DNA from: Eledone cirrhosa
Taxonomy: Eukaryota
Direction: 5' to 3'
Assembly (NCBI GenBank): GCA_964016885.1
Contig: OZ024746.1
Location: forward strand, 77,748,001-77,812,000
DNA: 64,000 nt
The notes below the pieces were generated by a model. The model saw only the letters and a list, made by a program, of their open reading frames with translations, searched no databases and had not been told where the DNA came from. Positions 25,885 through 37,737 of the stretch are shown piece after piece. Position 1 is the stretch's first letter. The number at the start of each line of letters is the position of its first letter. A program made the translations under genes and the position numbers.

Positions 25885-26082
25885 AGAGTTGGGACCCAAT
25901 GGTTGAGCTCTTGCCATTTCAACAGGTAGTTCCAGGCTCAGTCTGGAACTAGCTGTTGAAATGGCAGGAGCTCAGCGGTTGGTGTCCCAATTCTTTACAA
26001 TATAACTATACTCTACTACCCGAAGTATCCAGTACTCTTGAGTAATGGTCTAACCAGTTTCAAAGTGATTCCATCCTGATTT
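25882..26082. mobile_element. Inverted-repeat insertion in (TA)n with the same architecture as the Penelope-like remnants
   Basis: ~56-bp imperfect arms (25882-25937 and 25940-25997) plus an ~85-nt one-sided tail, with TA flanks. No complete hammerhead core is visible. Confidence 0.55.
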
Positions 26083-26083
26083 A

Positions 26084-26127
<44 letters not shown>

Positions 26128-26185
26128 TAAACGATGATGATGATGATGATGATGATATATATTGTGTGTGTGTGTGTGTATATGT

Positions 26186-26600
26186 AGGGTTTCTGCATAA
26201 CAATGTCATTTCTTAGGTTGACATTTAGTTCCTGATCAAAGTTTTTGTCATCATGAAAAAACAAAATCATTCCAGGCTCTTGCTGTTTCAATATGTTCAA
26301 CAAGCTCATATGGTTATCTTTTGTCTTTGCAATTTATGAATTGAACTCTCCACATCACATATTACTTGTATTGAAGGTTTTCATGTACAATTCCTCTGAT
26401 TGTATGCCTTGAAATCTTTAGCTCTTTAGTGTTCTGTTGGTATTTGGACCCGTAGCTAGTGTTTTACGTTTGGCTACTGCTGTAGAATCTTTGGCAACAG
26501 CTTCCAGCTCTTTGTAAACTTTGACAACAAACGACTGCCCAACTTTCAGTAAGTAAGCTATGACGAAATCACTAAAGTTTATCAGTGTTCTCACACACCT
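26186..26600 (-). pseudogene. Degraded Tc1/mariner-superfamily transposase
   Basis: IAYLLKVGQSFVVKVYKELE..VAKRK (HTH region) and LLNILKQQEPGMILFFHDDKNFDQELNVNLRND, a degenerate form of FSDEKxF...VNxxND around the first catalytic Asp. Confidence 0.7.
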
Positions 26601-26940
26601 TTGACATCGTTACAACAATACAATGGAAGGAAACATAATAATATTGTTAATGATGTCACAGATGTGTGATAAAAGAACTCTGATAAACTATATTGATATC
26701 TATATTTCTAACGGTTGGTCAATCAATGATAAGTATTGTTTGCAAGCTGACTAAATCACTGCTCTGCCTCTCCCTTTAAGGCAAAGATTACAGCGTGCCT
26801 TTGCATTATCTGAAAAGAAATGATAAGAAGAAATTAGAAAAAAGTTGCAGCAGTAGTACCAAACCTGAAAGCATGTGGTTGCAAAGTCAATTCCTTACCC
26901 ACACAGCCATGCCTAAGCTAAATGTTCTTATTTTCTATAA

Positions 26941-26975
<35 letters not shown>

Positions 26976-27970
26976 GTGTGTATAGATGAGCTTAACACAT
27001 AACATGTGTCTTGGGGGTGCAATCCTTTATCATCTGATCCTTCTACACGATGCAGTATGCAGAGATTATTCAGAAATTAGAGTATTTGCCTGCAAAAATT
27101 CCTTCATTTTATATTTTTTTACCTGCTCCTTGGTTTCCACCCTTGTTGGTTTTTTTTCATTTTCTTAAGGAGCAGGAATCATGCATTTTTTTTTTTCCAT
27201 AATAGAAAATGCACAATTTCTCCTCAATTCTTTCTCTCTATCTATTTATCCATCCATCTAACTCTTCTTTCTACCTTTTCTTTCTCATAACGTTTAAAAA
27301 ATCTCATGTCATCCTCTGATAACTTCTTATATTTCAATACCAGATGACTTATTATCCAAAGTTGCTGTGACATTCCAGATTTTCTGTGGGTTAATGTAAA
27401 TAACACTATACACACACAAATATATATATTTGTGTGTGTGTGTGTGCGCGCGTGCGCATGCATATAAAAATATATATATATTTGTGTGTGTGTTAAAATG
27501 TCTTCATGAGTATTGTGGGTTAAATATAAGTGTTTTAAGGTATTTTTTGATTGGGGGGGGGGGGGGGTATTAATGTAATGTTTGGTTTTTTCTAGTTATG
27601 TGTATCTGTATCTTACATAGGTGACCTGGGGCAGGGGCAAGTAATTATGAAAGATTTAATTTATTAGCATATTTTAAAGTTTAGGGTGAAAGAGCTCTTC
27701 GTAGGATTTGGAGCATTCATAACTTTTTTTTAATTTCTGTGTTCATTTTTCTTTGTCAGCTTAATGTGTTTTTTGTTTTTTAATTTTTCAAAAGTTTATG
27801 TTTAAAGAAAATGCAAGGCAAATAATAATAATAATATAGAAATAAAAAATATATATAGAACAATACTTTCAATTGCAAAACAAAAAAAATAAAATTTTAA
27901 ATACAACTTTTAGAAAGGGTCTTGTAAAATTTATTATCAGAATATTGTATTTCATTTTTTTTTTTCAGTT

Positions 27971-28170
27971 NNNNNNNNNNNNNNNNNNNNNNNNNNNNNN
28001 NNNNNNNNNNNNNNNNNNNNNNNNNNNNNNNNNNNNNNNNNNNNNNNNNNNNNNNNNNNNNNNNNNNNNNNNNNNNNNNNNNNNNNNNNNNNNNNNNNNN
28101 NNNNNNNNNNNNNNNNNNNNNNNNNNNNNNNNNNNNNNNNNNNNNNNNNNNNNNNNNNNNNNNNNNNNNN
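27971..28170. other. Assembly gap (200 N)
   Basis: Run of N. Confidence 1.
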
Positions 28171-30009
28171 CAGTTTTCTTGTACTCGGTTGATCTGTGAA
28201 CTGTTTTTGTCAACGTTCAGAAAAAAATAAACAATAAAATGAAATAAAATAAAAAAAATATAAGTAAAATAAAGGAATGAATAAATAAAAACTAAATAAA
28301 AAAAAAAAAAATAATAATTATAATGGTGGTAGTTGTGATAGTGGTATTGGCGGCGGTGATGAGAGTGGTGGTTGTGCTGCTGATGATGAAGCAATTTGAT
28401 GTTGGTGGTTGTGGTGATGGTATTAATAATAACAATAATAACATGGAATCTTTAAAAATGAGAATGAAGAGAAAAATTAAAAGTGGTGGCGGTGGTGATG
28501 GTGGAGCGGGGTAGATCTTTCTGTAAAAAATGTATAAATAAATAAATAAATAATAATGATGATGAAAAAATTAAAAAAGGGGAAATCTTTTTGTAGTAAA
28601 TGTATAAATAAATAAAAGTTATATAATAATAATAATAATAATAATAATAGTAATGATAATAATAATGATGATGATGATGATGATGATAAAATTGAGAATG
28701 GGGGAGAGGGAAATCTTTTATAGGAAATGTAATTCTGCTTAGATGTAATATCTGGACACAAGCCAATGGATTGGATTGGATTAGGAAGATGGATGTGTGG
28801 GGGTGGATTGGGGTGAAAAAGATTTGGAGAAGTGGGGGGGTGGGGTGGAGGTGGGGATTTGTGAAAAAATATGGTGGGAGTTGAATTTGTGGTGGTGCTG
28901 AGTGGTGGTGGTGGTGGTGGTGGTGGTGATATGGTGGTATTGTCAGTTGTATGGTGATGGTGGTGGTAGTGATTGGTACTTTTAGTTATAGTGATGGTAT
29001 TGTTAATTGTGTGGTGGAGGTGGGGTTTGACTGATGATGTTATGATTAGTGATAGTGGTGGTGCAGGTGGTGTTGGTGATGCTATTGTTAGCTGTGATGG
29101 AGGTGATTCTATTTATTGTGGTATTGAGAATGGTTTTGTTAATAGAACTAGTAGTAGTTGTATTGTTAGTTGTGGTAATAGTGATGCTGGTGGTATTCTT
29201 AGTTGTGTGGTAGTACTGGCAGTAGTGATGTTAGTTGTGGTAGTGGTGGTGGTATTAGTTGTGGTAGTGGTAGTGGTGGTATTGTTATGGTAGGGATGGT
29301 GGTATTAGTTATGGTAGTGGTGGTGGTATTAGTGGTGGTATGGTGGTGGCAGTGGTAGTGGTGGTATTGTTATGGTAGGGATGGTGGTATTAGTTATGGT
29401 AGTGGTGGTGGTATTAGTGGTGGTAGTGGTGGTATTGTTATGGTAGGGATGGTGGTATTAGTGGTGGTATGGTGGTGCGTAGTGGTGGTGGTCATAGTGA
29501 TGTTTGAATCTTGGTAGAGAAATGTAAAGAAAAGAAGAAAAAAACAAAAATTGTAATTTAGAAAAAAAAAAAAAAATAAAACAAAATAAATAGATATAAA
29601 CCATATAAAAAGCAACAAAAACAACAAATATGACTAAATGAATGTAAAAGAAAAGAAGAAAAAGAACAAGAGTTGTTAAGAAATGTAGTAGAGATAGAAT
29701 TAATGATAAGCAAGCAGAGATTTTTTTATCTGAATCCGATTTAATGGAATGAAAAAGTGAAGCTTTTGGATTTTTCTGTCAAATTAAAGATGTTGTTCTT
29801 GAGAAAGAATAAAGCAGCTCCATTGATGTGTATTCTTATTGTTCCTGTCCCTTCTCTCCACATTGACAAACTACTTTTTACACATCTATAGAGCAAGGCT
29901 AACATTTCAGACATATTATCATTATTATTGTCATTGTATCGCTAATAAAGAAATAATTATTATCGTCATTTGAGAGGACTCTTCAGTTGTTTCAAAGATA
30001 TGACAATCT

Positions 30010-30395
30010 CTCTAGTACTGGTGTCATGATAAAATGTACCCAGTACACTCTATAGAAGGGTTGGTGTTAGGAAGAACATCCAGCTATAGAAACCATGCAA
30101 AGCATAGGGTTTTGAAGACTCATTAGTTGTGTCAAAGACATAACAGCTTCTATAGTGCTGGTGTCATAATAAAATTCCCAGTACACTTTGGAAAGTGGTA
30201 ATATTGGTGCCATGATAAAATGCATCCATTGCATTATGCAAAATGGTAGTGCGGATGTCATGATAGGATACCCACAGTACACTTTATAAAGTGGTAAAGC
30301 TGGTGCCATTATAAAATACACTCTATATTCTCTGTAAAGTGATTAGTGTTAGGAAGGACATCTCAGCTGTAGAAACCATGCTAAAACTGAAACAT
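30010..30395 (+). repeat. Tandemly reiterated SINE body module
   Basis: (G)CTGGTG(C/T)CATGATAAAATG..CCCAGTACACT...AAAGTGGT repeated about 5-6 times, with two GTGTTAGGAAG blocks. Confidence 0.6.
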
Positions 30396-30460
30396 ATGTA
30401 AGTAAGATTTGGCACCTTGAACTGTCTGTGAGAATAGTAATTCTTATTATGTACTGACTT

Positions 30461-30568
30461 GGTCTGTGATGAGCCTTCCAACTCATATCAATATGGGGTC
30501 TGTGATGAGCCTTCCAACTCATATCAATATGGGGTCTGTGATGAGCCTTCCAACTCATATCAATATGG
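30461..30568. repeat. 36-bp tandem repeat, 3 copies
   Basis: GGTCTGTGATGAGCCTTCCAACTCATATCAATATGG, exact and without spacers. Confidence 0.95.
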
Positions 30569-30589
30569 AGAAGCAAACATTAATCGATT

Positions 30590-31300
30590 ACTGTGGTTGA
30601 TTGTCAGAATCATTAGTGCATCAGACAGAATGCTTTGTGGCCTTTTTTCCAAACATTACACTCCTGAGTTCAAGCTCTGCTGAGGTCACTTTTGCCTTTC
30701 ATCCTTCCAGGGTCTATAAAACTAAGTACAGGTTAAGTACTGGGGTTGATTTAGTCTACTTTACCTTCAGCCTCAAATTTGCTGGCCTTATGCCTAATTT
30801 TGAAATAATTAATGGGGTGGTGGATTGGCAGTATGGGTAGAGTGCTGGACAACAAGCTTTCTGGCATATAGTTACTTCACTTTACATTCTGAGTTCAAAT
30901 CCTGCCAAAGTCAGCTTTACCTTTCATCCTTACAGGGTAAATAAAATTAAAGCACCAGTAATGCACTGGGGTCAATTTAATCAACTTTCTCCTCAGCCCC
31001 AAATTTGCTGGCCTTGTACCTAAATATGAAACCATTATTATTGGTGGATTGGCAGTATCGGTAGAGGGTCGGACGCCATGCTTTCCAGCATAGTTACGTC
31101 CCTTTACGATCTGAGTTCAAATCCCGCCGAGGTTGACTTTGCCTTTCATCCTTACGGGGTCGATAAAATAAAGTACCAGTAATGAACTGGGTAATTGCTG
31201 GCCTTGTGTTTAAAGTAGAAACAATTATTATTATAAAGTACCAGTAATGCACTGAGGTAATTGCTGGCGTTGTGCCAAAAGTAGAAATATTACTATTATT
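30590..31300 (+). mobile_element. Head-to-tail cluster of SINE family C copies
   Basis: Three full copies of differing divergence (about 30590, 30815 and 31043) plus a duplicated 3' end. Confidence 0.8.
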
Positions 31301-32947
31301 ATTGATAATTGATTGTTATTATTTCTTCTGTTTTCTTTCTTGCCTCCTTCAATATTATTTATTTAGCCATTAATAATTTATCTCTGTTGTTTTAATTTTG
31401 TCTTCAATCTCCCCCCCCCCCCCCCCCTCTCCCTCATTACGTTGCTTGTTTCTCAAGATATTTTTCATTCATTCTCTCTCTCCACCTTCTTTCATTTGTT
31501 TTTTTAAATAATTTTTCTTTCCCTCCATATTTTTTATTTTTTTTTTTTAATTTATTTTTCTCAATTGAATTTTTTTTTCTAGCAAAAGCACCCCCTTCCA
31601 TTAGACACACACACAATGATTCTTTCTGTTATTTTTCTTTCTTTCTCTGTCTAATTCTTTATTTGTCAAGAAAGGAAGTCAAGCCTTTTAATAGCTGCGA
31701 TGGCTAATATATCTCAATGTTGTTGGGAGGAATTAGTGATGTGTTGTTATGGAAGATGGCAGCTGGTGGTGGTTGTGGTGGGGGTGGGTGGTTTTGAGAT
31801 TGAGATATAGAGAGATAAAACTATAATGAACTTATGTTTTAATTATTATTATTATTTGTATCATAATTTATTTGACACCCGAACTACTATGTTGATTGTG
31901 AGAATTCCTTCTTAAGAGAAGAGGAGATGTAGAAAAGAGATTTGTGGTTTAATCCTTTCGTTACCATATTTCCAATGAAAGACAGAGCCTATAAATTTCA
32001 AATCATTTAAAAAATAATCAAAATTTCAATGGTATTTAGTAATTTAGCTAACTTTCAAGAAGGTGATTGGAACATAACTTAACAAAGGTTCTTACATGAA
32101 ATTCTGATTGAAGATTTTTAGATAAATATAAGCACTTTTCACCCTTTTGTTACCATACATCTATAAAAAAAAAAATAAAAAAAAATAAAACAAACTACTG
32201 TTTTCAAATAATTTTGAAAATAATCAAGTATTTGGGAGGGACTTAGAAATATAACAAACTTTCTCATTATTAAGTTGGTGGCTGGAACATAACTTAATGA
32301 AGGTTCTTACATAAAATCGTGCCAGAAGGTTCTTACATAAAATCATGCCAGAAGGTTTTTAACTAAATATAAACATTTTAAAGCAAACAGTTTTGTATTG
32401 TTTCAAGCAGTTTGGTATCTATAGGGTTAAGTCTTTTTTATTAAACACAAACATTTTTTTTTCATTAAAAACAACATAGCTAGCAATTCATTGACACTAG
32501 GAAGATTATGTGAGGCAGGTGGAGTCCTTCCTATCTTTCTGATAAAACTATCAGGGAAGATGGAAGGTCAATGTAAAGTGTTTGTCTGGTGACAGAAATG
32601 AATTGAAAAAACCCCCGAAAAAACAAAGAAACAAAATCATAAAGAGAAAACTGATAAAACATTGCATCAAAATAGTAGTTAGTAATAGTAGCAGTGGTGG
32701 TGGTAGTAGTGGTGGCGGTAGTAATAGTGGTAGTAGTAGTAGTGGTAGTGGTGGTAGTAATGGTGGTGGTGGTAGTAGTGAGAATAATGATGATAATGAT
32801 GGTGATAATGATAGTGATAATGGTATTATCAAAAGTAATTATAAAGATTCTTTTACTGTTTTACTAGTTTCAGTCATTAAACTGTGGCCATGCTGGGGCA
32901 CCACTTTGGATGATGGTGGTGGTGGTGATGATGATGATGATGATGAT

Positions 32948-33056
32948 AATTGTTTCTACGTTAGGCACAAGGCCAGCAATTACCCAGTGCATTACTGGTA
33001 CTTTATTTTATCGACCCCGTAAGGATGAATGGCAAAGTTAACCTCGGCGGGATTTG
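32948..33056 (-). mobile_element. SINE family C, 3' half
   Basis: Reverse complement of 6070-6182. Confidence 0.75.
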
Positions 33057-33811
33057 ATGATAATAATGATGTATGATAGTAATAATAACCATGATGATAA
33101 TAGTGGGAATAGTAGTAGTAATAATTATAATTATGATGATAATGTTGATGATAACATTAGCCCAAGACCAGCAACTTGGGGGAAAGGAAAGTCTATTATA
33201 TTGACCACAGCACTTTATTCGTACTTTATTTTATTGGCCTTGGAATGATGAAGATCAAAGTCCAACTTGGTGGGATTTGAACCCAGAATGTAGAAAACCA
33301 TAACTAAATATATGTATGGACCTATAACTGAATAGGGGCACTAGCATAACGAACAGTGTGTTTTGGGCATTTTAAACCTTGCAGAGCCTATCCCTCTCCA
33401 GGTCTGAATACAACCAATTACTTTCAGAGAAGGAGAGAAAGAGAGTGTAAGGGCGGAAGTGACAAAGAGATATAGAGGAAGAATCAGTCCCAGTACTAGA
33501 CTGGTACTTTATATGTCAACCTCGAAAGGATGAAAGGCAAAGTTAACCTCAGATGGATTTGAACTCAGAGCACAGAGAACCAGATGAAATGCTGCCAAGT
33601 TTTCTATTCAACGTTCTAACAGCTCTGCCAATTGGCTGCTTCATAACTAAATACTGCGCTGTACTGACACTACCTTATTCTACATGGGAGGGTTTTAGCA
33701 GTGTACGTGTAGTAGTTGTGTGGCATTTGTATGTATGACCTAATGTGTTTGTTAGTCGATGGCAGATATTTTGGCCTTGCTATATTTGACGTAATGTGTA
33801 AGGTAGTTTAA

Positions 33812-34043
33812 CCCTTTAGCATTTAAACTGGCCATATCCGGCCAGAATTCTCTCAGCTCTTTCTGTTCAAACCAGCCATAACTGGCCACTCATACTGACA
33901 TTAAGGTATTATTTTGTTCTCATAATAAATAATATCATCATCCAAATCTCGTAGATTCCATATTATGTGACATAATTATGTAAGATAAAGCCTTTACCAT
34001 GAAAATATAATAGTAAATATAGAGTAATATAAATGCTAAAGGG
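33812..34043. mobile_element. piggyBac-type MITE with TTAA TSD
   Basis: TTAA|CCCTTTAGCATTTA ... TAAATGCTAAAGGG|TTAA: perfect 14-bp TIR; second copy at 54831-55039. Confidence 0.9.
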
Positions 34044-34613
34044 TTAAGCAAAGTGTATGGATAATGTCTTAGCATTATGATTGTTTATATTTGTGTAGCT
34101 TTCACTATTTTCTTGTACATGCAGTTAGGTGTGTGCCAAGTGCTAGCTGTGTCTGTAGAGGTGAGTGGTTTGTGTTTGTGTGTGCACATGCATTTAATAC
34201 TAATTAATAGTTTTATCCTCTGGGGTCGTATATGGGCTTGAGGTTGAGGTAAGTTTTTTATATCCTGTGTTTACATGATGTAACATGTTCGCTCTTTCTA
34301 TTGAGTTCTTGTTTGTTGGCGAACAGTATGTTTATGGTCCCCCTGGAGCAGAGGTTGCACAGAAAGGATCTGCCTTTATACAGTTTTACCTTAGTCAAGA
34401 TACTCCATTGAAACTGGGTGTATTTCATCTTTTCCCCTCAACTATCTCATCACTACATCCCCTTCCTGATTGCCCCCATACCTGGCAATCAAGCTATAAC
34501 CACTCCCTCAAAGAGATACTTTTGAAATAAGATGAATCAGAATCAATTAAATTTTTCATTTGCTATTCAAACTGTAAAAGCTCAACTCTCTGACAGAAAA
34601 TCCTTCTAATACA

Positions 34614-34705
<92 letters not shown>

Positions 34706-34887
34706 AGTAGTATCACAACAGTTAGTTCACCATACCGAGAACAAATGTTTCACCTTGCGAATCTTCAGCTCGGTCTGAGTGTGGTCTTGGTATGGTGAAC
34801 TAACAGTTGTGATACTAATTCTACCAAACTCATCCCATGGACTCAGTGCTCTACTACTATGGATATAACCCTCCAATGTTCTACTAT
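34706..34887. mobile_element. Penelope-like inverted pseudo-LTR remnant in (TA)n
   Basis: 34708-34740 pairs with 34785-34817. The plus-strand copy has a ~70-nt extra tail and the minus-strand copy carries a hammerhead. Confidence 0.7.
34734..34774 (-). ncRNA. Minimal type I hammerhead ribozyme
   Basis: Minus strand ACCGAG-CTGAAGA-T(TC GCAA GG)T-GAA-ACA TT TGT-T-CTCGGT: 6-bp stem I, conserved core, GNRA-capped short stem II and a GUU triplet. Confidence 0.7.
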
Positions 34888-34944
<57 letters not shown>

Positions 34945-35037
34945 CGTTTCTGAATTTGTTTAGCAAGATTCTTTATCTGAAATCGTGTGTTGAAACCGAT
35001 ATTGTTATACTTTGGGAGGGTCATGTTGCCAATAAGA

Positions 35038-35426
35038 CCCTCATGTATAGATAAGAAATGTATAACCTGTAAAATAAGCCCCCATATTAACTGTAAAACT
35101 AGAAATGTAGTGTATAGCATAAGATGTACTGAAGGACAATGTAGAGACAAAAATATAGTGTACATAGGTGAGACAGCTCGTAGTATAGGGAACGGATAAA
35201 TGAACAGTGGCGAGACCTTCAAGATAATAAAGAATCATCTGTACTCTACCAACATGCTAAAATAGAACATAAGGGTAAATTAGAGAACATAGAAATAAAA
35301 ATAGAATCTACACACAGAAAAGACGCAATGTTTAGACAAATTACAGAGGCAATAAACATAAAAGAATTACAACCAAAATTAAATAGAAAATATGAGTGGA
35401 ACAGCAACATCACAACTTACAATTAA
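35038..35426 (+). pseudogene. GIY-YIG endonuclease domain of a Penelope-like element (one frameshift at about 35190)
   Basis: PSCIDKKCITCK..NCKTRNVVYSIRC...C...YIGETARSIG/ERINEQWRD...SVLYQH...H...RQITEAINI...PKLNRKYEW: VVY-YIG motif, catalytic R, E and N residues, and an upstream Cys cluster. Confidence 0.9.
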
Positions 35427-35520
35427 GGACAAAATGAAAACACACACACACATAGAACAAACAACCAACCAGTAACATGTAAATAAACAAATAAATAAAT
35501 GAACATAAACACACACAGTC

Positions 35521-35580
35521 ACCCGGATGTGGCGCATGCGCAGACTGAGCACACAACACACACACAGAAACAAAATGGCG
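35521..35580 (+). promoter_or_regulatory. Candidate pseudo-LTR promoter motif cluster (ETS-like, NRF1-like, YY1-like)
   Basis: CCGGATGT (35523-35530), GCGCATGCGCA (35532-35542) and CAAAATGGCG (35571-35580), just upstream of the hammerhead. Confidence 0.35.
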
Positions 35581-35626
35581 TAGGACAGAACAAAGGAGAG
35601 GCACAGAAACAAAGAAAGGAATCCCC

Positions 35627-35671
35627 AGTCACTGAAGAGGTCACAGAGTGTGTGACGAAAGAACTATGACT
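35627..35671 (+). ncRNA. Minimal type I hammerhead ribozyme in the pseudo-LTR
   Basis: AGTCA-CTGAAGA-G-GTCACA gagtg TGTGAC-GAA-AG AA CT-A-TGACT: stem I AGTCA/TGACT, 6-bp stem II and a very short stem III. Confidence 0.7.
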
Positions 35672-36392
35672 ATATATAAACAACTATCTGGTTGTGGAAC
35701 CAACCAACCAACCAGAAATTTATAAATTTATTATAAATTTATTATAATAAATTGAAGTGAAAGCAACTGGTGCGTGTGTTTCTTATTGGCAACATGACCC
35801 TCCCAAAGTATAACAATATATATATATATATATATATATGAATATATTTTTAAAAAATTTTTTGTTAGAAATTTTATCTTCCTCAGTGAAGGTTTTCTTA
35901 ATTTTCATTTGTTATTAATTAACCATCACCATCCAATTTGTTCATACATATGTATACAAACATAATTATATACACACAATTACATATGCATATACATATA
36001 TATACACACACAGCCATTTAGTGCATTTATTTGAAATTTGGTTTAATAACTCTGTTAATTTATAACCATAACCAGCACTTTAAAAGTCAATAATTGTGTT
36101 TCTTTCCCCAAACCATTTTGTTATTGATAAGGAGGGATGCTGGGTGATACAATAGATGGGTTGCTGAGCTTGCTGTTATTGATACTGTTCTTTTTGTTGT
36201 TGCTATTGCTGTTCTTATAATCAGTATTATTATCAGTATCTTAAGACACCACAGCTGTCTGTTTCTTATTGAATAGTGTTGTATAATAGTCATTTAATTT
36301 CTTTCTGCTCCACACTACATCTGTTGTTCATTATCATCTTATTATTGTTGCTGTTGTTATTGTTGTTATTGTTGTCAGCATTGTTGTTGTTG

Positions 36393-36451
<59 letters not shown>

Positions 36452-37544
36452 TTTAAGCTAGATGTTAAGTATCTCTTGTTGGACAGAGCTGGAGAAATTT
36501 TAATGGCAGCCAGAAAAGCTAGCAATTTCATTACATCACTGCTACAAACCATTCATACATTGTTACATCTGTGCACTAACACGTCAGGTAATGTTATTAA
36601 ATGCAACGATGACATGAAGAAGCCTTTGTATGTATATAATTCATGATCCATTCTGTTGCTACACTCTGTCCAACCATTATGGCATGTAGTAGTAGTAGTA
36701 GTAGTAGAGAGAGAGAGAGTAGAGAGGGGGGGAGAGAGATGTCATTATCTGAATGCCTTGTAGTTGGATCTCAAAGCAGCTAAATCTGGCTGATCTGCTC
36801 TGATTGGGTGATATTTAACTTGATTTGTGTGTTTTGCTGTTTGCTTGAGAATGAAGATGGTGTATCTACAGTCATCTTATTAGAAGATGGTATTGGAAAG
36901 AGTCGATGAGGACAATTATATATAATCTGAGACATTGTTATTAAAACTTTACTGTGTAGATTTTACAACATAACAGAAAGTTGCTTACAGTAAAAAATAC
37001 ATTATTCACTGTTTTAAGTCTATTCTGCTATGTAGCTCTTATCACCCTGTAATGATTTAGCAGAGAATATATAAAAACAGGTTTGTTAATTCAAATGTTT
37101 ATAGTATTTTTACTGTGAAAATTTGTTGTATTGCATACACAGGAGCTGATTGTCAGACTGGATTAAGGAAACTCTGTTTTCATTGATCTTTTCATATCTG
37201 AAAATATGTGCCAGTAAAGACTTTAATTATTTAATATGATGCGGTCATAATGCTATTTTGTACTTTTCAAGAATGTCTTGCTGTTAGAGCTGGTGCAACC
37301 TTTAAGCTAACAAATCACCTGCTTAGTGTGCATACCTCAGAGCAGTGCATTACTGAACCTTAAGGGATCACAGTTACATACAAATTTGTATAATTACTGT
37401 ATATATGTGTATATAAGCTGAGAAATATGACAAAACATAAATGGTAAAATGGGAGGTTGGCTTACATTTGAGGTCAATATTTTGTCAATTTTCAACAACT
37501 TCAAAATTCTCTGTAAATAAGGTGCTAAAATATTTACTTTACTT

Positions 37545-37737
37545 GACAGAAGGTGATCTCCAACTTGCACATGATAGGTTTCATGCTGAGTGCTGCATGG
37601 CTGGAATGAAAATCAGCTATGCAAAAACTGAGACACTCGTCCTCTCAAGGAAGCCTGCATAGTGCACTCTGCATGTAAATGGAGTCCACTGAATCAAGTA
37701 GAGAAATTCAAGTATCTCGGCGCCATGTTCACAAGTG
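37545..37737 (+). pseudogene. RTE reverse-transcriptase fragment, same family as 6185-6560
   Basis: TEGDLQLAHDRFHAECCMAGMKISYAKTETLVLSRKP; high nucleotide identity to 6288-6480. Confidence 0.85.

Larger units (their letters stand above)
34941..35819 (+). mobile_element. 5'-truncated Penelope-like retroelement with an inverted 3'-end copy upstream
   Basis: GIY-YIG ORF end, pseudo-LTR with a hammerhead, and a perfect 39-bp inverted repeat (34999-35037 and 35781-35819). The inverted copy has a 58-nt tail, and (TA)n flanks both sides. Confidence 0.9.

Noticed and set aside
27873-28394. ORFs spanning X residues
   Set aside because: Artefacts of the 200-N assembly gap.
30461-30568. 36-bp direct repeats of CRISPR-like length
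   Set aside because: Head-to-tail with no spacers; a simple tandem triplication.
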